Below, piece by piece: positions 53,861 to 64,000 of a stretch of 64,000 nt of DNA. Within the stretch, counting starts at the first letter, position 1; every line of letters begins with the position of its first letter. A program made the position numbers and the translations under genes. Source of the DNA: Chrysomallon squamiferum (Eukaryota; Animalia; Mollusca); contig CM022679.1 of the NCBI GenBank assembly GCA_012295275.1, positions 2,294,001 through 2,358,000 of the forward strand. The letters run 5' to 3'. A model generated the notes under the pieces. That model saw only the letters and a program-made list of their open reading frames with translations, made no database searches and was not told the origin of the DNA.

Positions 53861-55997
53861 ATAATAATAATAATAATAATAACAATACAAATAAATAAAC
53901 AAAGTAAATCAAAAACAGAAGAATCATTTGTGTGTGTCATTATTATTATACAGTATATTAACAGACAGACTAACAGCTTCGGGCCATTGTTGATGGGGAA
54001 TTAATTGAAAAAAAATAAGTCAGTCTATATCTTTCTGCTGTTATAATTATGTACACACCACTCGTCGATTTTTAATCTGCGGCTCTGGTTATTTGTTTAC
54101 TCTACACAATAAGCGACTGGACAAACCCTTCGATTTCTTCGATATTAAAAAAAAAAAAAAATTCGTATATCAACTATTCAGATCAACCCAATTCATTTAG
54201 CTTCTTTTTTTCTTCTTTTTGCTTGGAGCCACGGGGTATTGGTATAAATAGCTGTCTGGCACACGTACACCTGCAAGGGAAATCAAGCAGATTTGGTTTG
54301 GACGAGAAGAGACAGAAGAAAAACAGAATTTCATCACCCGTTAACGTTGAGTATAAATCTTGATTGTTTTTGACCGTCTCGAGGTGAAGACAGTAAAAGC
54401 TCGGCCGTGTGGTTATTTCTTATTCTTTATTGAATTTGAAATCAAAGGCCTCTGGCTTTTTTCCTCTTATCAAAATTTAAGCATGATTACATAGTACTGA
54501 AGATCATTTATAAAACACTGTCTGGTGAATGCAGGATCGATTCCAGTCAGTGATATCCGTTATAGTATCCCCTTTCCAAATTGTATATCTTATTCTGCTA
54601 TTTATTTTTTTTTTTTTTTTTTTGAATAAAAATAAGAATACAAACAATAAAACTACAATAATTAATAAATAAATAGGTAAGTAAATAAATAAATAAATAA
54701 ATAAATTGTCAAACAAAAAAATAAATAGATAAAATTCAGGTGTTGCTAAACATTAATTAATAAATGTATTCATTTAATTACTATTTGAATGATACGGTAT
54801 CTGTTTATTTGTTATTCTGTTTTTCTGTCTGTCTCTTTGTTTATGTATGTGTCTGTCTGCAGTTATGTCCATCTGTACTTTTATATATTCATCATTTCAT
54901 CCTTTCGCCATTCCGTCCGTCTATGTACATTTTGTTCTTTCTTCAACATTTCCTCGTTGTCTCATGCATTGATCACTGCGTTCCTGGTGTTTTCTGGGCT
55001 TCGTAGCTGTGTAAGATCTGTTTATGAACAGCTCATGGTGTTTGGTGGCTTTGTTGCTGTTGTTGTTTAACGCTGATTCTCTCTTGAGACTGTGTTCATG
55101 TCAGATTACAAGCGTATGAAAAGAGAAACACTTTGAAAAGATATTACACCATTCAAAGCTTTGTCAAGCGCTGTTTTGATGCAGTGATCCTATTTAGAGA
55201 TCCTGAAGAAGAAAAAATAAATTAAGCATTTTCGCAAATCAGAAAACGATAAAGGTGATTTCATTTGAGACTTATACTACACAAACACATGTTAGATTTT
55301 TTTTTTAATTAATTAAATATATTCTTTTGTTCAACTTTCTTATTTTGACTAGACTATAGTGAAATTGCAATGTATCAATATCATACGTATTACACATAAC
55401 TTGAAATGCAAATAAAGTCTGAAGCCCTAGGCTGACCTCTCATACTAAAGAATGATTGTGAATTTAGCTGAATTTTTCAAATTATTGCATTGCGAAGAAG
55501 CTGAAATAAATGTCGCACTAAAAAGTGGCAGTTCTCCTGTGTACAAAAGACGGTTATTAAATCACTGAATCGTGCATATTGCTGTACAAAACGTGTGGTG
55601 ATACTCTTGTATGAAAACAAAGCTATTAAATGAATCATGTAAATTGTTCTTTTGTCAGAACGCATGTATGAACAGTCTTCAGAACATGTAGAAGAGTTCT
55701 AAGCGTGTGGCAATGGAATGCAGCGGAGTTATGAAAAATAGGTAAATCATTGAAATTACTGTGATACATGTCTTTGACGTTATTCATAAATACAGCGCTT
55801 ACTGAAACTGAGTCACAGATTCGCTCCGATAATAAAAAGAGATCTGGATTTTTAGTTTTCTGAAGGGAAAAAAAAGGAAAGGAAAAATGAAAAAAACATG
55901 AAACAAAGAAAGAAAGAAAGAATAAAGGGGAAAAAAATGGAAGAAAGTGAAACAAGAAAGAAATTAAGAGAAAAAAAGACATCTGTTTCCCGAGTAA

Positions 55998-56145
55998 ATT
56001 TTAATTTCACCTGCTGTCAGTTATTAAAATAAAATAGTTTTTACGTTAAAGTAAAAAAAATTAAAAATATTAACATAAAAAGATTTTAATTTCACCTGTC
56101 AATTGTTAAAATAAATTAAATTTTATGTTAAAGTAAAAAAAAGAT
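55998..56145. repeat. Two-copy tandem duplication of about 80 bp (TTTTAATTTCACCTG...GTTAAAGTAAAAAAAA)
   Basis: The block at about 55998 is repeated at about 56084. Confidence 0.75.
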
Positions 56146-58290
56146 TAATAAATAAAAAAATTAAGATAAAATAAAATTACATAAAAAATAAATAAATAAT
56201 TAGTTTTGATAAACCCACGTTGCCAGATTCCCACGATTGTTCGATTTTGTTTTCAGACTTTTGATACCATTTGACATTTATCTTTTTACAAACCCAGTAC
56301 ACGACATCTTTTTTTTTCGTCGTCTGAAATGTCGATACGTATTGATTGGTTTGATGCTTTCATTTTATTTCATTCTTCTTCTCTTTTCCTTCCGTCAGTA
56401 ATTAATTTTCTTCACGTTCTTCAGCTAAGTCGTATTTAGTAATACAACTGAAAAACAATAAAAAAAAAAAAAAAATGTCGGTTTGTCATGCAAAGACAGC
56501 TGTCATTAGAAGAAATATTTTTATCATTAAGAGTAGTGGATACTTAAAGGTATCTTTCTGTAATAAGGAAACCAATACATTTTATAACCAACTGTATAAT
56601 TTGATAGATTACAGAAAAAAACAGAAAAAAACCCAGCTGAAATGGACCATTGAAATACATTATACCTAAACCAGTAACCACTGATATTCAATATATCTCA
56701 CATATAAACACTGATATATTATACAGTACATTTCTCCTTTCTGCTCTCGCAGATGACCCAGGCAGTTTTCACTTTTCACAAAAGCAGTTTCCATGCTTCC
56801 TTCTTCAGGAAGTCCGAGGTTTTTTTTTAATTTACCTTTCGTGTTAGCCTGAATCCTTCTAGTGTGGATCCTGTGTCATCACAATCTGAAAACTCCACTT
56901 CAAATTTAAGAGGACGCAAAATGAACTGGTACTAAATCATAGCGTTTTGAAAAACGCCTACACTCCTCGTCAAGCTGAAGAGAGCAAGTACTTAGAACAG
57001 TTGCTACAGGAGATTGATGACTTACTTCTCTATTTATGACCGATTTCTACAAAGAATAGACAAAGTCGCTGATGATGACCAAGGTTGAACGCTACTGAGG
57101 GAGTTGCTTCTAATTAAGGCAATTTCAAGATTTGCAATTTTGCTGTTCTTCAGCCTGAACAGTAGTTTTTCAAACGTCTTTTTCTTATATATATATATAT
57201 ACATACATATACATGTATATATATGTATATTAATTTTAAAAAATGTCTCTCTCTCTGTGTCTTGTGTATGTACTTCTATATAGATAAATAGGTAAAAAAG
57301 ATGCATGTATGTATGTCTTTTAATTTTTATTTATTTATTTATTTATTTATTTATTATATTATATTATTTTATTTATTTATTTATTTATATATTCTATTCA
57401 TTTAAATTCAGAACATTGTTTAATAATATTTCTTATCCAAATTCAATAAAAACAAGACTGCTTCCATATATCTGACATTCTTTACAACAAATAAAACATA
57501 AAGAAAGCGAGAAAAAAAATTAAAATAAAAGATTAATATCCTACTCTAAATAAGCTGTACCTAAATGATCGATTGCTTCAAGAATTTAAACCATTTCACT
57601 TCTCAAATGTCGTAATCATTCTAAACTGTGTAATTTTCACATCATTTTATAGCAAGCTTGTTCAGGGACAGCGTGACTCGACATCGAATTTTCTGGAATT
57701 TTGTTTGCTTTGTTCGTGCAAGCTGCTGTGTTAATTTTTCTGAATATACACTTAGAATATATACACCGTCGTTTGATACAGGGCTGTCATCTTTTTTTCC
57801 TTATGTTTTGTTTATTTTGGACTGGGTCAAACATTCAGTGATTTTGTGTCTTGATCTGCAGAGTTTAACAAACCTCGGTAATATTTTCTACTGAATGTTT
57901 TACTACGATTTGTTGTACTGCTCCTAGTACAAAAACAACAAAAACCATTTAAATATGTTTCTCCTCAAAGCAGCTTCTCAAATCAACCAATTTCTTTCTT
58001 TTTTTTTTTTTTTTTTTTGTTATGTAATTTTATTTCAACATCATGGAAGAACGTTATGAAAGGTTTCGCATGTGTCTGTCTCATCTTCTGATAAGTAAAA
58101 TAAATGTGAAGTGTATGCTTTGTAAGGTAAGGTATTACAAACAACAGAGATCTGAGATGCAGTCTATGTCAGTTATGTAATGTAGATATTTACGTAATTC
58201 TGATCAGTTTTAGCTTAAGACAGAGTTTAATTAGTCGTAACACAATATAAGCTTATTACAGACAATAACAAAATGTCTGACAGGTCAATA

Positions 58291-58378
<88 letters not shown>

Positions 58379-58764
58379 ACAATATCAACAATAATCTCTA
58401 TCGCTCTCTCTCTCTGTCTTCTCTATCACTCCACAATATCAACTATAATTTATTTCAGTGTATACACATCTTGTATTTAGATAGTGAAGACTAATCAACA
58501 TTAGTTACTAGGACAACCAGGTCTGCTTTACTGCATACTAGATATCGGAGATATTATTTTATTTCTTTATTTATATAAATATTTATTTTATTTTATTTTA
58601 TTTTATTTATATGTATTTTTTTAAATTATTATTTATTTATTTATTTATTATTTTTAAATTTATTTATTTATCAAGGGCAATAACTTGCTATAGTAAATGC
58701 ATATGATATAAAACGGGATTATGTCCCTTGAAAAGACCCAATCCGTTGTCCGAATAGAGGAAGA

Positions 58765-58970
58765 TGGAAAAGAAAGTGTTTTGTTTTACTACGCACTCAG
58801 CACTTTTTAAATCTTCATTTAGATGGCATAAAAATACCATAAATGATTAAGGACCGTATAGGTCAGGAACTAGAAAACGTGCAGCCGTCCACACAAATAG
58901 CTAATTTTCGCCATTTTGTAACAAGGCAACTTTAACAGAAACCTTCTCACAGACAGATAGCAAGAGCATC
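58765..58970. mobile_element. Old SINE-like family B fragment
   Basis: Shares blocks with 48225-48360 and 15181-15240 in the same order and orientation. Confidence 0.45.
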
Positions 58971-60384
58971 TTCTGCGGGGAACAGCTCAGACGAGCATTT
59001 GGATGGATATGACTCTATCATGTAATATATGCAATCATATAATATATTCGAAATAAAAATACTGATGTAATTATGTTCTGTACCTTTGGTGAACAGTCCC
59101 CCAAGAAAATATTCTGAAGTATGAGTTCCGGTATTAGCCAACTAATATTTATATATTTTATATTTATTTTATTTTATTTTATTTTATTTTATATTATTAT
59201 TTATTTATTTATTATTTTATTTATTTATTTATTTTTTATTTAATTTCCCAACACAAATCAAATAAATTATCAATTCATTTTACTTTTTCTTGTTTTTTTC
59301 TGTGGTTTTTTTTTTTTTTAATGGTATTAACTTAAAATGAAGGATGTAAAGGAATTATTACAAAATAGCCGGAATAGTACGGTTGGCAATAACCTTATAA
59401 ACTTCCTGGCGGAGATCCAGAGGTTAATAAACGGACAAGAATAAACGGACAAGAATTGTATTTATTTCAGGATCACTGGGCGGTAGAAAGTTCTTGAGAA
59501 TTATTAAGAATATTTAATCGTAGACACACACTTTTTTCGAGTTCAACTGACGACAGTTACAAAATTCGGAGAAAAAAAAATAAGAGAGAAAATCTCGAAA
59601 CGACGTTAAAAAAAATAATAATAAAAAAAAAAATAAGATGAAGAAAAAAGAATTAATGCTGTGTTTGAATGTTATTTCGACATGTTTTAACTGTAGTTAG
59701 GGTAACATCAACAAAATAAAATAATCATGGATTAAAACTGTGACGTCATTCTTTATATTATTATTATTGTTGTTGTTGTTGTTGTTATTATTATTATTAT
59801 TATTGATAAACCAGTCGTACTGAGACGAACTGGGGATACTCAGATGAATGCAAGTTTTAAGTGCATTAGACAAGACAAAAGATAAATAAACAGTTACATT
59901 ACTTTAGATATTTACTTTTTATGTATGAGGTAAAAGAACGTGTAATTAGCACTAATACTGTTCTTCGAACTTTTTGAAATGGTTATATCAAGCTACTGTT
60001 CTGATGGATTACCTCCCCTAGTGTTAGGGGGATTCCTGAAAGAGGTCGCCCATAATGGACGATTCTACTTCGATTAAGAAAGGTTGAATGGTTTATGTGT
60101 AAATGTTTTAATTTCGTCTTTATGAATAACAAGTTAATTTGAAAGTTACTTTAGTGTACGTAATAATATATTTTATTTACATTTTGACCAGTATTATGCA
60201 CTAATTATCAACAAAGCATAGAGTTTCATTTGTTTTGTAACAGATTTTCTACCCTCAGTGAAATGCTGGTTTGGTCTAAATTTGTGAGTGCGAACAAGTT
60301 CAGGTGATAGTTGTGTGCAGTGACGATTCTTTAGAGTGTCAGTATTTTAAATCAACAAATTGGGAGTTTTATATATTCTCTACA

Positions 60385-60471
60385 ATGATCAAGACTTTTC
60401 TTTTGACGTTACTGTTTACTGTTGCTGTGTCTGAAGCGAAACAACATAAAAAGAAAGATGTCTTCCTTAAG
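60385..60471 (+). CDS. Probable first coding exon of a secreted or membrane protein (signal peptide); remainder not identified in the window
   Basis: ACAATG start context; MIKTFLLTLLFTVAVSEA|KQHKKKDVFLK has a basic n-region, hydrophobic h-region and S-E-A cleavage site; consensus donor AAG|GTAAGT at 60472, phase 0. Confidence 0.6.
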
Positions 60472-60812
60472 GTAAGTGATATCTAAATATATAGGTTATG
60501 CAATGAAGAAAAGTTTGCCCAGTGTCGTCTGCAGTACGGAAATATTTAAAGTGCATTGCTTAATATAAAGTTCATTGCAAAACAACAGAAATATCATATT
60601 CAGTCCATTGAAAAAACAAAGAAAAAAAAAAGATAAATAAAAAAAAATAATAATAATAAAAAAAAAATTAAATAAAAAAATACAAAGTAAACCAAAGAAG
60701 TTACTTGTTACGAAAACTAATAATTGTTATAAGCTTTTTAATTTAATTTTATTTTTATATCTGTTTTTCTTATGACATATTCCCAATTACTAATAATCTG
60801 ACTGTGTACATT

Positions 60813-60869
<57 letters not shown>

Positions 60870-60978
60870 TAATTATTATTTCATAGGAATTATTTAGAAA
60901 ATGTAATTATAGATTTTATAAACTGATTATAATTGTATTTACTTTCAAATAAAATAACCCCATTGCTTGGTATCTTGA

Positions 60979-61014
<36 letters not shown>

Positions 61015-61924
61015 TTTTGTTTGTGCATAACATGTAATTTAAAATATATATATATATTTTTATTTAATTTTTTTCATTTTTTTTTATTTTTCTTCTGTTT
61101 GAAAGTATGTTTCTTAAAAATACTGCACAAAGTTAATTAAAAATTGTATGTATCTTTACTCTGGTCAGTCAAAGAGGGAATTTAAAGGATTACATGCAAC
61201 CCTTTCAATAATAATTTTTATTTAGTTTTTTTTTCTATTTTACTATTATTTTTTTGTTTGTTTATTTATTTTATTTATTTATTTATTTATTTATTGTTTC
61301 AAACACTTTCCCTTGCATTGAGATACGCTACCACATACAGATGCTGTAAATAACTCTTTTGAAAATGTTAGGTCCTCCCCAGGTTTAATGTGCCACAGAC
61401 TTAAACTTTACCTGAGTCAGTCTAATCAAATGTTAATAATTCTACTGTTCTGCACTAATGCAGATGTCACAGTTGACTGAACATTTAAATTTACATTTTC
61501 CACATGAAATAATTTATCTTGACTTGATAAGCTTTTCTTGAATAACTTTTGTCCTGCTTCTTTTCTTGTATTTATTTTATAGATTTTGAAAAATTAATGT
61601 TTTTTTTTTCTTGTATTAATAATACCTTTTTTTTGTATATTTGTATAATTAAAAAATTAAAATGCCTTTATCAATACATTTTGTAAATTGTAAAGATTAT
61701 TGCACTTTAATTTTATGAATATTTTATAAAAAGTAAGAAAAAATAATTTTAAAACTTGCAGTCTGATTAATAAAGAACACTTATGTGCAATAATAAAAAA
61801 ATGTAAATAAATAAATAATAATAAAAAGAACAAAATTTAAAAAAAGAAAATTTGTTTGAAAATTAAAAATGACAATCTATAGTCTATATAGCAAAGTTAA
61901 AACAGAGTGAATGAATTAAAGCAA

Positions 61925-62225
61925 AATGAGAAATGAACACGAATGATTTATTTAAATTAACAGATTATATTACTAAATCACAAGAGTTAATCTTGATGTA
62001 AGTAATAATGGATTGCACAGTACTTTAAAAGAAAACAAGAAACCAACAGGAATGATTTTAAATTGACCCATATATATGTAAGTAGTAATGAATTGCAGTT
62101 TGTGAAACTACTTATTCAGTGAGACTTCTAAATATTAAAATGAGAAACCAAGTGGAATGATTTATTTAAATTTACATATATGTAAGTAACAATGAACTGC
62201 AGTTGACTAAATTGCTAACTCACTG
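61925..62225. repeat. Old tandem repeat of about 110 bp, 3 diverged units
   Basis: GAATGATTT(ATT)TAAATT...TGTAAGTARTAATG(A/G)ATTGCA recurs near 61941, 62050 and 62155. Confidence 0.75.
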
Positions 62226-64000
62226 ATGCTACTTTAGGCTACTATGTATCTTTACTGACTTCAAAACATGTGAGTGACCTTTCTAGCCAATCCCACAAAC
62301 ATAAAAATGTATTTAACCTGGGCAGGTCCCAGAATTTAACTAGGATGCTTTGCCCATTACCATTTCCTGTCACCGACTGAAACCTGTCAGCAGTTATATC
62401 CATTCAGGCATTTTTTTACTGTTTTCTGTTGAAACTGTCCTAACAGTGACCCATACCTATTAAAACTTTTACTTTTTCCTTCTTGTGGTTGTAGAAACAT
62501 GGAGCTAAAACTGATATTTTGTTGGCCTTTTAGAAATAATGTGATGTTTATACCATTAATAATAAAAATTTAAAAGCTATAGGCTATATCAAAACAATAA
62601 CATGTAATTATTTATTATGAAGTTTGGGGGTTTTTTTTTTAATCATCAAAATGTTGTTTTTTTACATTTCTTTGTAAGATAAGAAGTAATGAATACTTTA
62701 GAAAAAATTGAAAATTAATAATTTCTCACACTTTATTATTAACAAAGGCTGGTATCAGATAACAGGTATGATGTGTTTGACAGAATCATTGTTTTACCTG
62801 CAGTTTGATATTTTTCTTTTTTTCATTAATACGTTATAACAATCATTGGTCCTGTTATTGCCTTTACATTTTATTTGGATCATTGCCAAAAAGAAAATTT
62901 AAGCTTTTGGGTTGATTTTTTTTCAAAATAGTTCGGGATTAGAATAAATAATAAAACGTTTAAGAATCAAACTAAATAAAAAACATCCCAAAGATAAAAA
63001 AATAACTGACAACAGATTGTAATACAGTGAAAGATTTAAACTTTTTTCTTTACCTTTTATTCTTTTTTATTTAACAGATTACTTGAAAATAACATGAACT
63101 GGATTTTATCAAAGTCTGTGATATCCAGTAATTGGAACAATCTAACATACATTTATTTTAGTGCTGTTCATGGCTTTTATATCTCAAATAATATTCAAAA
63201 ATTAATATCTAGACAATTTAAAAAAAAAATCCTCTACTTTGCAGACACATACTTAATCATCACCTGTCAACTTAAAAAAAACAGGAACATCAATTTTGGG
63301 TCGTCATAATTTACTGAGATTGCTAAACTTTAAAGTTTATTTTTTATCATTTTTATGATTTCTGAATTTATCAGAAATTCACAAATGTCACTTTATCAGT
63401 TTATGTATGTTTGGTAGGAGTTGATAACAAATGGGAATTTTAAGACTAACAACATCTTTTCTCTCTTAATCAGTATTTTTCTTTTTAAATAACATTTTTG
63501 AATATGTGCATGAACCCTCAGTCAACTGAAATTATTTTTCAGATAATGTGTTGCTGCCATAGAGCATTACATACTTATTATATGCATGTATGAGTTCATG
63601 TATATCTGTGTGTGTGTGAGATACATTTTTAACAATTACTTTGCCACTGTCTTGAAGTTTATCAAGACATGATTTAAACATATTCTAAAAGTATTGATCT
63701 TGTTGGAGTTTGATTGAAAACATCTGTTGTTAAACAAAATAAGTATCGACCACTTTACCTTGTTCTGTTTATAATGTCTTATAGCTGTAAAACCACATGT
63801 TTATTTCTTTTATATCTACACATTTCATTTCATAGATTTGTCTATGATGAAATATATATAACTTAATGTCTAACAAAAAGAAAAAAAATGTGCAACAGTA
63901 TCATGTCAGTAATAACTATTAAATTGCTAGAATTTATATTGTTTTATTTTTCTTATTTAATTATTTATTTATTTATATTATTTGAAACAATAATAATAAT

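Noticed and set aside
56890-57155. Protein-like short + frame (…YTPRQAEESKYLEQLLQEIDDLLLYL) and an overlapping - strand AG...GTAAGT segment
   Set aside because: No start codon or good acceptor on +, and the longest - frame stops before the donor; not supportable without expression data.

Overview
AT-rich, microsatellite-dense animal genomic DNA with GT-AG introns. A mollusc/lophotrochozoan origin is my inference from the gene and repeat content. Supported genes: (1) the last two coding exons of a + strand cyclic-nucleotide-binding-domain (CNBD)-like gene (1991-2125, 2562-2744); (2) a - strand IAP-like gene with one divergent BIR domain (CDS 5273-5836); (3) a - strand two-exon RASD1/Rhes-family small GTPase (18109-18367 plus 9509-10056, C-terminal CAAX CVLQ); (4) a probable first coding exon of a secreted protein (+, 60385-60471). 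About 41 kb between 19 and 60 kb has no recognisable gene and holds SINE/MITE remnants, minisatellites and simple repeats. Almost all other ORFs in the track are translated microsatellites. There is no CRISPR array, rRNA, intact tRNA or autonomous transposon. The most unusual items are a 39-bp (13-codon) minisatellite that amplifies the CNBD gene's splice acceptor and exon start, a diverged duplication shared by the RASD intron and the BIR-gene intron that keeps the acceptor, an E-box/forkhead minisatellite between RASD and the BIR gene, and a tRNA-derived SINE embedded in (CATA)n arrays. All alignments and counts were done by eye; no database search was run.
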